From positions 78,737 through 142,736 of the forward strand of contig CAZQBY010000001.1 in assembly GCA_964592405.1 (NCBI GenBank): DNA of 64,000 nt, in the 5' to 3' direction. Made by a program: the position numbers and the translations under genes. This document shows, piece after piece, positions 39,986-48,995 of this stretch; position 1 is the first letter of the stretch; every line of letters starts with the position of its first letter. A model generated the notes under the pieces. That model saw only the letters and a program-made list of their open reading frames with translations, did not search any database and was not told the DNA's origin. This stretch comes from an uncultured archaeon. GTDB lineage: Archaea > Altiarchaeota > Altiarchaeia > JAFGQM01.

Positions 39986-40887
39986 GTCAGCTTCTCAAGA
40001 TAATGCTCAATTGGAGTTGCCCTTGATCTCAGCTCCTCAAATGCCTTTTCATATAGATCGCTTACTCTTTTTCCTATGACCCTTATACCGGAGATCTCCC
40101 CCATGAAAACAAGTATCAGGAGAACTTCCCTATCCGACACATAGGTATTAAATACTGATGAGGCTGTATCCAGTATGAAAAGTTTTACATTCTTGTGATT
40201 TTTTAGGTCCTCTAAGATCTCTCCTGCCCATTTTTTGACAGAGGCGTTCCCGTAGATCTCCCTGATTATCTTCACATAGGCATCTAGGGCTTCTTTGGTC
40301 ATTATCTGCTCGATGGGTTTCTCCATGTAGAAATCCATATACGCCCTATATTTTAAAAGCGATATCTCTTTGGAAGGTGTTGTTGCCGCGCGCCTCCTCT
40401 TGTTTATCACTTGGCGTATCTTCCAGAATTCCTCTTCATCCCTTGGCTGTATGAACCATGAAATTGAAAGTTCTCTGTGGATAGTCTTGAGCCATTCAGC
40501 CTTTGAGATAAGTCCTATCAGTTCATAATCATACCCCCGGTTGTCTGTAATAACCTCAACCCGCTCAATCTTCGTTTTCTCTTCAAGTAATGAGAGCAGC
40601 CGGCTCTGCTTTTCCATCTCCTTTTCAAATTTATACTGCAGAAAGTCCAGTATCCTGTCGTTGGGATTCCTCATGGAATAGACCGCGGGAACGCCATCCT
40701 CACGCTCTATCAGTTTCATTTCTATCAGCTCATTCAGAAGGTTGTAAATCCTGCCTTTGGGTATTGTCGTTCTAGCACATATTTCATCTGCAGTGCACGC
40801 CTCTGCTGACAAGAGCTTTAGTATGACCAAATGGTTCTTTTTGAGATAGAAACTGGTCTTGAGCTCCTTCAAAACTTCAGAAAACAT
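39982..40887 (-). CDS. TrmB-family transcriptional regulator
   Basis: TADEICARTTIPKGRIYNLLNELIEMKLI..GVPAVY HTH; C-terminal effector-type domain. Confidence 0.85.
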   Translation of the reverse strand: MFSEVLKELKTSFYLKKNHLVILKLLSAEACTADEICARTTIPKGRIYNLLNELIEMKLIEREDGVPAVYSMRNPNDRILDFLQYKFEKEMEKQSRLLSLLEEKTKIERVEVITDNRGYDYELIGLISKAEWLKTIHRELSISWFIQPRDEEEFWKIRQVINKRRRAATTPSKEISLLKYRAYMDFYMEKPIEQIMTKEALDAYVKIIREIYGNASVKKWAGEILEDLKNHKNVKLFILDTASSVFNTYVSDREVLLILVFMGEISGIRVIGKRVSDLYEKAFEELRSRATPIEHYLEKLT

Positions 40888-40941
40888 TTTGATGAGATAA
40901 GGGAGTTAACACCAAAATTATAACTCAAAAGAATATAAAGC

Positions 40942-41003
40942 TTTGTAGTATTAAAGTAAACCTTTTATAGTCTTATCTGATAACTATCAAAAATTACTAC
41001 AAA
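40942..41003. promoter_or_regulatory. 9-bp inverted repeat bracketing a TATA box
   Basis: TTTGTAGTA (40942-40950), CCTTTTATAG (40961-40970), TACTACAAA (40995-41003). Confidence 0.6.
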
Positions 41004-41032
41004 AAAACTTTTATTTGAGGTAGGGGGGTGCC

Positions 41033-41140
41033 ATGGTACTGACTTCAGCTATGTGTGAATATTTGCGTAAAAAGGAATTGGAAGATAGCGCTAATATAAG
41101 GGGATTTCATATAAATAACTCAAATAAAATATTTATTTAA
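41033..41140 (+). CDS. 35-aa micropeptide A
   Basis: MVLTSAMCEYLRKKELEDSANIRGFHINNSNKIFI*; preceded by a TATA box and GAGGTAGGGGGGTG; paralogous to 41228..41338. Confidence 0.65.
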   Translation: MVLTSAMCEYLRKKELEDSANIRGFHINNSNKIFI

Positions 41141-41227
41141 GTTATATCATCTAAAGTTATGATCCGGGTTATAGGTTATAAATAGAATTAATAGAATTAA
41201 AGAGTTAAAGGGGCAGGAACAGGAAAG

Positions 41228-41338
41228 ATGGTATACACCCCCTCCATGGTGGCTTGGCTTAGAAGAAAGGGCCTGTGGCAGACAATAAGAGCGAAGAGAG
41301 CTAAAGTCAGAGCAAAAGCACGGCCCCGGGTGAGATAG
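41228..41338 (+). CDS. 36-aa basic micropeptide B
   Basis: MVYTPSMVAWLRRKGLWQTIRAKRAKVRAKARPRVR*; purine-rich upstream sequence; shares its N-terminal motif with peptide A. Confidence 0.7.
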   Translation: MVYTPSMVAWLRRKGLWQTIRAKRAKVRAKARPRVR

Positions 41339-41350
41339 TTTTATCCCCCA

Positions 41351-42337
41351 TCATCCCTCCCGCTTTTTATATCTTGAATAAATGGTCTCAACTCTCTTTC
41401 TCAGCTTACCAGTTATCTTATCAGCCTCCTCCTTATCTATTCTTACAGCCCTACTGCATTCAGCCTCAAACAGTCCCTTGAACCTATTTGCCAGTTCCGG
41501 CGAATTTATATAAACAGCTCCGACACCCATGCTTTTCTCATCTCGGACCATCAGGAAGAACTCATTCATATCTTCATTATGCGGTATTATCATGTCGAGA
41601 CCATAGGGAGAGGGGCTGTAGAACAGCTTCAGCTTTTCATTATTGGTTATGAAGTCTGCCAAGCCATTAAGGACCATATTAATCTCATCATAAGCATATC
41701 TTGGATTCTTATAGGCTCTCGCCAGCCTCCTAAAGAGGTATTCGATGTCAAAGTGTGTCAGATAGTTGACTTCTAGTTCCTTCTTCATAATACATCTCTC
41801 CCAAAGGGTCTGCACATACAGCCGGGCGCCCGGAATCTGCATCAGGGATGGTGATTGGGCGTAGAGAATCCGGGGAAATATGCCAGTAACATAACATATC
41901 TTTGCGGTTTTCAGGAGTCCAGCAGTTTTGTAATACATATCATCATAATCAAAAAACATGACAGCAGGCTCCTTTCTCTTGACTGAGAGCCGCCCGAAGA
42001 ACTCCATAACCCCGCCCCTAATCTCATCAAGCTCATATATCTCAGTGTCGAGAAAGTTTCTGGCTTCATCCAGAGCCTTCTTTATTGCGTTGAAATCTAT
42101 CTCATAAGATGCTTCATCAGTCTTCTTGACAAATCCCCGCTCGCGCAGATTCTTGAGTTGGGCAAAGAAATTTGATTTTTGTATTCTCCTGGACTGATGC
42201 AGTTCTGCATCCCTATCTATAATTGCCTTCGGACTAGCCTGTTTTCCCTCCTTCTGTAAACTGACTATGGCTTCAATTATATGAAACTGTTGCTTGGTGA
42301 TCCCCAACCACCTTGGGAGCTTTTCAAGTTCGTTCAT
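41351..42337 (-). CDS. Divergent TrmB-like wHTH regulator
   Basis: LGIT...KSNFFAQLKNLRERGFV wHTH, coiled linker, and C-terminal INSPELANRFKGLFE resembling TrmB effector domains. Confidence 0.7.
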   Translation of the reverse strand: MNELEKLPRWLGITKQQFHIIEAIVSLQKEGKQASPKAIIDRDAELHQSRRIQKSNFFAQLKNLRERGFVKKTDEASYEIDFNAIKKALDEARNFLDTEIYELDEIRGGVMEFFGRLSVKRKEPAVMFFDYDDMYYKTAGLLKTAKICYVTGIFPRILYAQSPSLMQIPGARLYVQTLWERCIMKKELEVNYLTHFDIEYLFRRLARAYKNPRYAYDEINMVLNGLADFITNNEKLKLFYSPSPYGLDMIIPHNEDMNEFFLMVRDEKSMGVGAVYINSPELANRFKGLFEAECSRAVRIDKEEADKITGKLRKRVETIYSRYKKREG

Positions 42338-42416
42338 CTCAAAAGAAATCCAAAGAAATCATCCAAAATAAAAGGTGTTTATAGTTTATACCGTGATCAT
42401 ATAAAAGGGTGATAAA

Positions 42417-42505
42417 AGGGTATACCCTATAGTATAGTAGTAATCTACTACACACTTATGGATATATAAAGCATAAAATAGCTCTCCACGTGCATCTTTT
42501 ATATA
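42417..42505. promoter_or_regulatory. Divergent promoter with palindromes
   Basis: AGGGTATACCCT (42417-42428), GTAGTA-ATC-TACTAC (42437-42451), TTTTATATA (42497-42505). Confidence 0.6.
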
Positions 42506-42525
42506 GCTGGGGATACTAATCTATT

Positions 42526-42726
42526 GAGGCGTGGAGTAGGGTCGAAACACGCCTCTTATTTACAGCCGCCGGATACTCCTGTGGGTGTTGGTGGCTTAAC
42601 AATGGGATCATGGGATCTGAATGGGCGTCATGACCCCATGTGTGGTTGCCAGTGCTTGCGATAACCCGGAGCCAACTGGCAACCACACCGGAAATATCCT
42701 GATGTTACATTTGCACTCCCGGCTGT
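42526..42726 (+). ncRNA. Putative structured ncRNA with four consecutive hairpins, family unknown
   Basis: Stems at 42526-42555, 42564-42596, 42602-42639 and 42640-42688; begins ~21 nt after a TATA box; G-U pairs favour the + strand. Confidence 0.6.
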
Positions 42727-42757
42727 CTGTGTCTTCCAGTTCTAGGGTATGCTTTAT

Positions 42758-42793
42758 CTATGTGCCGGACATAGACTATGTGCCGAACATAGA
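42758..42793. repeat. 18-bp tandem duplication of the platform gene 3' end
   Basis: CTATGTGCCGGACATAGA / CTATGTGCCGAACATAGA (one mismatch); each copy is self-complementary. Confidence 0.85.
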
Positions 42794-44920
42794 ACCAAAG
42801 AAAAAGGCCATTCCGGTCTTCATCAGAATGAACATGCCCAAAGTAGCTGGTACCAACAAGGGAGCGAGTTTCAGTCCAGCGCTTTGTTTACCCTTCCTTA
42901 TGAGACCTATGAGCAGTGAGCCGAAGAATCCTACACTGAACAGGGAGATCATAGCAAAGATTTCCAGATACTCCGGCTTTATGCAGGAGGGAGGTAAGGG
43001 AGGAGCACCTCTTTCATACTGTTCCAGATAAGTTATGCCAAGCTCAGGGTTGATGTTTTGTGCATCGGTGCTGTTCTTTGGATTCAATCCATGCTCCCTT
43101 TCCCATGTATCTGCTATACCATCGCGGTCAAAATCCTTGGGGCATCCGCCCCCGCCAAGCGAGAGCATATCAAAACCCTGCATACCGCCCATCATAGGTC
43201 CAGCTCCTGCGGATGAGATGTCGATATCCATCTCCTCAGGCTGGAATCTGTTCATAATATCAACAAACTGAATAGAAACTGAGAAGAGCAGTGGCGCTCC
43301 AAGAACCATGCCAAAGAGAATGAATAGTATATAGGACATGGTGTTTGCGGCCATCTCTTTTTGTAAGAGCCTCATCTGTCTTATATCATTGCCAATACCC
43401 TGCAGAATCTGTGGCAGTTCGCCACCAGCTTTCATACCCTGAATAAGAAGGCGTATGGTTCTCTGGAGGACATTGGATCTCACCCGGTTCCCCATATCTG
43501 TCAGGGCATCTGCGAAGGATTTGCCTCCCAAAGTTTCCTTCTGCGCTATTTTTATCTCCTCTGCAAGGGCTCCAAACTCCTTTCTGGCGGAGACCCAGAG
43601 GGCATTATAGGGTGTCATACCAGCTGATATGTTGGCACTGACTATCTGAAGAACGTCGGGTAAGGCATTCTCAACTTCATCTGTACGCTTATCTGCCATC
43701 ATATTGATAACCGAATATATGATCACCCAGACTATGCCAAAGGAAAAAATTGCTGCAATAACCACAAGTAACAGATCCCAGTTCAAAAGAAAAAAGCCGA
43801 TTGTAGATACTAGAGCCGCCAGAACCACTCCATTGACTATTGTGATACCGGTTATCTCAATCTGTGTCTTCTCAATACCGCTGTAGATGATGAGCATGTT
43901 TATCTTTTTCTTCCAGCCAAATGGTGAGAACCTCCCAACCCTCCTGTATATGCCCTGCAGGAAGCCGGAGACTCCCTTTGCCACGAGCTTGCCTAGGTTT
44001 ATTGGGATAGAGAGAATGGTCGTAAAGAACACAAATACACTGTGGGACATCCTACCAAACATGCCTCTAATCCCTCTGCTGACTGCCCTGAACGGGCTGC
44101 TGATGGTCCTTCTTCTCTTCTCCCGCCTCTCCAGTTTTTTCTGGGCTTCAGCCTCCTCAATAATTCTTTGTTCCTCTAAAATCTCCTGAATTCTCTTGGC
44201 TCTCTCGGAGATATAAGGACTTATGGTTTTGGGACCAGCAAGCCCAACCTTCTCCTCTTTGGATACCATGCCTGCTTTGGATCCCCTCTTATCAACTATC
44301 CTGAATGTAGGCTCCTTTTTGGCGGCTTTTGCCTTATTGATTTTATAAATCTCCGTAAGAGGGAGATCCTTTCCGCCAACAGTTCCGCCGGCAGGAGCAA
44401 TAGCCTGGTCTTTATCCTCTTCTGCATGTTTCTCTTCTCCATGTTTTCCCTCCCAGCCTGTTCTGCTTGGAGTTTTCCCTTCCGGTTTTTTGCTCTCCTC
44501 TGCTTTCTTAGCTACTACTCTGGCCTCTTTTTTGACTTTTTTCTCCTTTTTCTCGGATTTCCACCTATCCAGAACCCTGCTCAGTGCCTTGTCAATATCC
44601 TTGAGTCTTGAATAGGCCAGCAGTGTGCCCCTTTTTAGAGCTTCTTCCTCACTCACACCAAGCCTCTTCATGATGTCCTTCCTGAGTTTCTTCTCCGGAC
44701 TGCCAAATAATCCCTTTTTTGTCTGCAATAGGGCTGAAAGAAGCTCCTCTGTTTTGAGAGCCGCAATCCCGGGTCTGAGTGGAACCAAAACCTCCTTCTT
44801 GCCAGTCCTCTTCACTTTTGCTCCATCTCCAGACGGTGCGGCTTTGCTTCTGCGTTCTTCCTCTATTATCTCATCCAGGGATTTTATATCCATCTTCCCA
44901 CTGCCACCTACTGGGCTCAC
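42776..44920 (-). CDS. Type IV pilus platform protein (TadC/PilC/T2SS-F) with long N-terminal extension
   Basis: VENALPDVLQIVSANISAGMTP...FGALAEEI T2SSF motif; multiple TMs; DxDxDG-type insert. Confidence 0.9.
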   Translation of the reverse strand: MSPVGGSGKMDIKSLDEIIEEERRSKAAPSGDGAKVKRTGKKEVLVPLRPGIAALKTEELLSALLQTKKGLFGSPEKKLRKDIMKRLGVSEEEALKRGTLLAYSRLKDIDKALSRVLDRWKSEKKEKKVKKEARVVAKKAEESKKPEGKTPSRTGWEGKHGEEKHAEEDKDQAIAPAGGTVGGKDLPLTEIYKINKAKAAKKEPTFRIVDKRGSKAGMVSKEEKVGLAGPKTISPYISERAKRIQEILEEQRIIEEAEAQKKLERREKRRRTISSPFRAVSRGIRGMFGRMSHSVFVFFTTILSIPINLGKLVAKGVSGFLQGIYRRVGRFSPFGWKKKINMLIIYSGIEKTQIEITGITIVNGVVLAALVSTIGFFLLNWDLLLVVIAAIFSFGIVWVIIYSVINMMADKRTDEVENALPDVLQIVSANISAGMTPYNALWVSARKEFGALAEEIKIAQKETLGGKSFADALTDMGNRVRSNVLQRTIRLLIQGMKAGGELPQILQGIGNDIRQMRLLQKEMAANTMSYILFILFGMVLGAPLLFSVSIQFVDIMNRFQPEEMDIDISSAGAGPMMGGMQGFDMLSLGGGGCPKDFDRDGIADTWEREHGLNPKNSTDAQNINPELGITYLEQYERGAPPLPPSCIKPEYLEIFAMISLFSVGFFGSLLIGLIRKGKQSAGLKLAPLLVPATLGMFILMKTGMAFFFGSMFGT

Positions 44921-44962
44921 GCCAGCGATCCTGTCGAATCTTCATTTGATATCTCAAAAATC

Positions 44963-46474
44963 CTATCTGAAATTATAGTATATAGGCCCTGTATCTTCTG
45001 TTTCCCTAAGCTCGTCCTCTACCGCATCAAACTTCGGCCCCTTCGTGATAATCGTGCCACCTATGATGGAGTATTGGGATTTCACAAGTCCGGCATCCTC
45101 CAACATCTTTACCCAGCCTTCCAAAAGCTTTTTGTCGACTCCAAGCTCTTTGACGGCATTGCCTATGCTTATCTTCTCTCTATGGTCAAGAATCTCCAGT
45201 AACCGGTCTATTTCTGTGAGCACCTCCCGCCCTGTGCCAATTATCTCCTCCTCGGGTATCTCCCCTTCCTCAGGGCTTTTTTGCACCGCTTTTGCCGTTT
45301 CTTCCCTTCCAACTTCCTCTTTAACCCCCGTCCCCTCCTTGGTCTTCTCTTTCGCCTCCTCCGGGATTTGCCCCTCCACCCCAAGTTCCTCTTTAACGGC
45401 TTCTCTGGCCTTTTTAAGTAATCTATCTCCAGCCTCTTCTTTTTCCACTTCTTCCCTGAGGGCCTCCCGGATGCTCTTTAGGGGCTTTCTTGTCCAACCC
45501 TTTTCAACCTCTGCCTGTTCCTTCTCACTCACTATAAGTGTGGCTGAAACCAGTTTGCCACTTCCTTCGAGCTTCATTATCCTGACACCCTGAACATTAC
45601 GCCCCATCTCAGGTATTTCACCTGCCGCCATCCTTAAGACACGACCTGTAGATGTTGTAAACATAACCTCATCATCTCCACGAACAGCCCTTGCAGCTAC
45701 TACTAAACCATTACGCTCATTAGTCTTTATGTCTTTGACTCCAAGTCCACCACGTCTCTGAAGGGGATACTTGTCAAATGATGTGCGTTTACCGTAACCA
45801 TTTTCAGTTGCAGTGAGGAGTGTAGCACCCTTGGCCACCACAGTAGCACCAATCACACTACTTCCTTTCTTGAGTCTGATTGCCCTAACCCCCATGGTCC
45901 CTCTCCCTGTTGGTGATACCTCCTCCTCGCTGAATTTTATTGCATAACCATCACTGGTCGAGACCAGTATCTCATCTTTACCTGTAGTCAATAGAACCCT
46001 TACGAGATCATCATACTCTCCCAGTTTTATTGCTATAATGCCTCCCCGTCTTGGATGACTATACTCACTCAGATTGGTCTTCTTTATCATACCCTCCTTA
46101 GTCACCATGGTGAGATAATAATCCTTCCTAAATTCGCTTATCCTCATAGCTGAGGTTATCTCCTCCAGCTTCTTCAATTCTAGGAGTTTTGTGATAGGTT
46201 TACTGCGCCCCTTGGCAGGTATCCTGCCAACCTCCAACCAATGCACCCTCCCCCTGTCTGTGAAGAACAACATCAGGTCCTTGGTTGAAGCCACAAATAT
46301 TCTCGCTAGGAAGTCACCCTTTCTCGTCCTCAGGCCCTTCACACCCTTACCACCCCTTCGCTGGGCACGATATTTGTCGAGTGACAATCTCTTCATATAA
46401 CCCTGATTAGTGACAGAAACTATAACGGCCGGTCCCCTCTTTCCTCCCTCCTCATTCCTTTTCAAGCGTATCAT
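44963..46474 (-). CDS. Stand-alone GyrA C-terminal beta-pinwheel fused to a charged linker and wHTH domain
   Basis: Six GyrA-CTD blades including the GyrA-box QRRGGKG; no breakage-reunion domain; AGGAGG RBS. Confidence 0.88.
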   Translation of the reverse strand: MIRLKRNEEGGKRGPAVIVSVTNQGYMKRLSLDKYRAQRRGGKGVKGLRTRKGDFLARIFVASTKDLMLFFTDRGRVHWLEVGRIPAKGRSKPITKLLELKKLEEITSAMRISEFRKDYYLTMVTKEGMIKKTNLSEYSHPRRGGIIAIKLGEYDDLVRVLLTTGKDEILVSTSDGYAIKFSEEEVSPTGRGTMGVRAIRLKKGSSVIGATVVAKGATLLTATENGYGKRTSFDKYPLQRRGGLGVKDIKTNERNGLVVAARAVRGDDEVMFTTSTGRVLRMAAGEIPEMGRNVQGVRIMKLEGSGKLVSATLIVSEKEQAEVEKGWTRKPLKSIREALREEVEKEEAGDRLLKKAREAVKEELGVEGQIPEEAKEKTKEGTGVKEEVGREETAKAVQKSPEEGEIPEEEIIGTGREVLTEIDRLLEILDHREKISIGNAVKELGVDKKLLEGWVKMLEDAGLVKSQYSIIGGTIITKGPKFDAVEDELRETEDTGPIYYNFR

Positions 46475-46486
46475 TTTGATCCTCCT

Positions 46487-47362
46487 TTAGACTATGGGCC
46501 TCTTGTTCTTTATTATACCTACAAGCATGAACTGAAAGAAAAACATGAACACCACTATCCCTCCAAAAACCAGATTTTTGTCTATGGCACCAAAAATGTC
46601 GACAAGTGTTGAGAGTATAATAAGGAGGGTTATGCCCTGCGAGGGAAGGACAATCACCATAAGCATGTACATCAGGGACCAAAGATTCATCTCCTGACCA
46701 TATGCTTTGATTTTTGTCTCCTTGTCGCGTGTCAGATCATTGCTGATGGCCTTCAGGGCAATGCTTACATCTGAGCCGGTGTACATACTGTTCACTATCT
46801 GCCATATTATCCTCCTCAGGAAGGGTGAAGATGTGTGCATACCCACTTCATCTAGGGCCCGGATAACTGACTCGCCGCTTTCTACCTTCTTGATAACCTC
46901 GCCGAACTCTTCTGAGCATTCCCCATAGCCGCCGTTGGCCACATGCACCAGAGCATCAAAGATTGGTATTCCGGCACTTGTCTGTATTTCAAGATCCTTA
47001 AGCGCATAGCCCAAGTTCTTCTCTATCATGGCAGATCTCTTTCTTATCTTGACCTTTGGCATCAGGAGCATGTAGATGAGCATAAATATGCTGAGGCCCA
47101 CTGAGGCACCTATGGCCATCGGCAGGCCAATATCTAGTTTGTTTACAAGATAAGCAGGGAGGGCTATGCCAACAAATGTTGCCAATCCCACGGACAAAGC
47201 CATATATATGACAATGGAAATATAAGTCAGGGGGGTAACATGTATGCCTGCCCTCTCAAGATCCCACTCAAGCCCCGGTGTAATCCTCTCAAGCTTCTGG
47301 GCTAACCCTATAAACGGCTTTGATGTGTTTATAAGTCTTTGGGATTCAAAGGCTGAGGGCAT
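46487..47362 (-). CDS. Type IV pilus platform protein (TadB/ArlJ-like, T2SS-F)
   Basis: IEKNLGYALKDL...SAGIP...YGECSEEF; TMs; directly follows the ATPase. Confidence 0.9.
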   Translation of the reverse strand: MPSAFESQRLINTSKPFIGLAQKLERITPGLEWDLERAGIHVTPLTYISIVIYMALSVGLATFVGIALPAYLVNKLDIGLPMAIGASVGLSIFMLIYMLLMPKVKIRKRSAMIEKNLGYALKDLEIQTSAGIPIFDALVHVANGGYGECSEEFGEVIKKVESGESVIRALDEVGMHTSSPFLRRIIWQIVNSMYTGSDVSIALKAISNDLTRDKETKIKAYGQEMNLWSLMYMLMVIVLPSQGITLLIILSTLVDIFGAIDKNLVFGGIVVFMFFFQFMLVGIIKNKRPIV

Positions 47363-47445
47363 GGCATTACTTTATTTTACCATTATGTTATCCTTATTAT
47401 CTTTATTAAATGAATAATCTGAATACCCGTGTCAGTATCCAGCAG

Positions 47446-48987
47446 TTATCTCTTCAGCCCTTCAAGTTCTGCCTTTCCGGCCATCAGTTGCTCATACGTG
47501 CTACCTGCTCCAATCTCCTGCATAACCCTTTCCCTATCCATGTAATACTCTGAAACTACCCTCCCAACAGAGTCAACATCCCTTACCCCGTTGTCCAGCA
47601 TCCAATTCAGTACAGACATCTTGTCTTTGAGATTCTTTCTTATCTCGGCCTCCGTATAGCCTGTGTGCATTTCTATCTCATCTATAAGCCTCCTGCTCTT
47701 ATTAACGGGTTTGATTGAATCCGTCTTGGCATCCCACCGGTAGAGGATGTTTATCTCTGGCTCCTCACCTTCAGTGGTGAGCACCTCAGCCAACTCAAAT
47801 GTCCGTCTGGCACCGGTTCTTCTGTTTCTGTACTGAACAACTATAAGATGGAGCGATTCCATAACGGTCTTTGGCACATCCATGGGTGGGTTGGTTAGCC
47901 TCTTAACCACTTGATAAGCCCTTTCTGCGTGGAATGTACCATACACTGAATGACCCGTATGCATAGCCTCAAAGAGGACCTCAGCCTCCCGCTTCCTTCT
48001 AACTTCACCTACCACTATCCGGTCTGGCCTCATTCGCAGGGAGTTCTCCATCAGGTCCAGCATCCCCACCTCTCCCTCACCGCGCGGATTTGGCGGTCGT
48101 GTATTCAATGGAACCCAATGGAGGAAAGAGGGCAGGTTCAGCTCTCGGGTATCCTCAATTGTCACGACTCTGTGATTCGGCGGGATGAATGGCATAAGTG
48201 CGTTCAGCAGTGTTGTCTTACCGGATGCAGTCCCACCAGCTACAAGCATAGACAATTCATACTCCATGGCAAGCCAGAGCAGAGCTGCCACATCCACCTG
48301 CACAGTCTTGATCTTGGGGTCTATTAGGTGTATGATGGTCCACGGTATTCTGCTAAACCGCCGTATTGTTATTGTGTTTCCTGCCGTAGATATCGGGAAA
48401 AGGGTGGCATTGACTCGGTCTCCGGTGGTCAGGTGGGCGTCCAGCAGTGGCTCAGCGGAGGTTATCTCTCGGCTCACCAGCCGGGCAACCCTCGATGCCA
48501 GATTTTGTATAGCCTCTTCTGTCCCCATGCTAATATTGGATTTAAGCCAGCCGTACTTCTTGCTGTAGACCCAGACGGGTTCTCTGGCACTGTTGACAAC
48601 TATCTCTTCAAGGCTATCATCAGCCAGAAAGAGCTCCAAGTCGCCAAGCCCTATCATCTCATTCACTATCCGGGTTGAAAGCATTTCCTTTATTTCTTGC
48701 TTCATGTTGGGCAGTTCCTTGCCGAGTGCATTCTCTGCATCCTTTCTGAACTTCTCCTTGAGTTCCAAAAACAGTCTTGGGTCTAATATCTCTCGGGCTT
48801 CTATCTCCATATCGGCAACAAGTCTGGATTTCACATCATTCATTACAACCCGTGTAGTTGTACTTACCTCTGGCACCTTCGCATTGTAGTGAAGAACATA
48901 GTCGCCCACATCAGCAATTTCCACAAGTACGGGTATCTTCCCAGCCTTCAGGTTGTATTGCTCTTTGATTTTGGTTTCCCCAGCCAT
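47446..48987 (-). CDS. Type IV pilus assembly ATPase (CpaF/VirB11 family)
   Basis: [39 protein letters not shown]. Confidence 0.95.
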   Translation of the reverse strand: MAGETKIKEQYNLKAGKIPVLVEIADVGDYVLHYNAKVPEVSTTTRVVMNDVKSRLVADMEIEAREILDPRLFLELKEKFRKDAENALGKELPNMKQEIKEMLSTRIVNEMIGLGDLELFLADDSLEEIVVNSAREPVWVYSKKYGWLKSNISMGTEEAIQNLASRVARLVSREITSAEPLLDAHLTTGDRVNATLFPISTAGNTITIRRFSRIPWTIIHLIDPKIKTVQVDVAALLWLAMEYELSMLVAGGTASGKTTLLNALMPFIPPNHRVVTIEDTRELNLPSFLHWVPLNTRPPNPRGEGEVGMLDLMENSLRMRPDRIVVGEVRRKREAEVLFEAMHTGHSVYGTFHAERAYQVVKRLTNPPMDVPKTVMESLHLIVVQYRNRRTGARRTFELAEVLTTEGEEPEINILYRWDAKTDSIKPVNKSRRLIDEIEMHTGYTEAEIRKNLKDKMSVLNWMLDNGVRDVDSVGRVVSEYYMDRERVMQEIGAGSTYEQLMAGKAELEGLKR

Positions 48988-48995
48988 AATATGGA

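Noticed and set aside
42602-42664. 20-aa ORF MGSWDLNGRHDPMCGCQCLR
   Set aside because: Lies entirely within strong stems and has no RBS; RNA structure explains the region better.
42526-42726. tRNA-Sec, SRP RNA, RNase P RNA or hammerhead identity for the hairpin cluster
   Set aside because: No cloverleaf or UCA anticodon arm, no SRP helix-8 motif, no GAGGAAAGUCC, no CUGAUGA core.
42610-42774. UGA-readthrough peptide MGSEWAS-U-PHVW...EIS-U-CYICTPGCLC..., with the 14-bp hairpin just after the first UGA
   Set aside because: Tempting next to selD, but there is no RBS, the start is buried in a stem, no Sec machinery is visible, and archaeal SECIS elements are normally in UTRs. Probably chance.
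42758-42793. att site of an integrated element
   Set aside because: The two copies are adjacent, no distant third copy was noticed, and there is no integrase in the window.
44963-46474. gyrA pseudogene fragment
   Set aside because: The ORF is intact with an RBS, starts cleanly at the CTD boundary, has an in-frame wHTH fusion, and no gyrA N-terminal remnant or gyrB is nearby.
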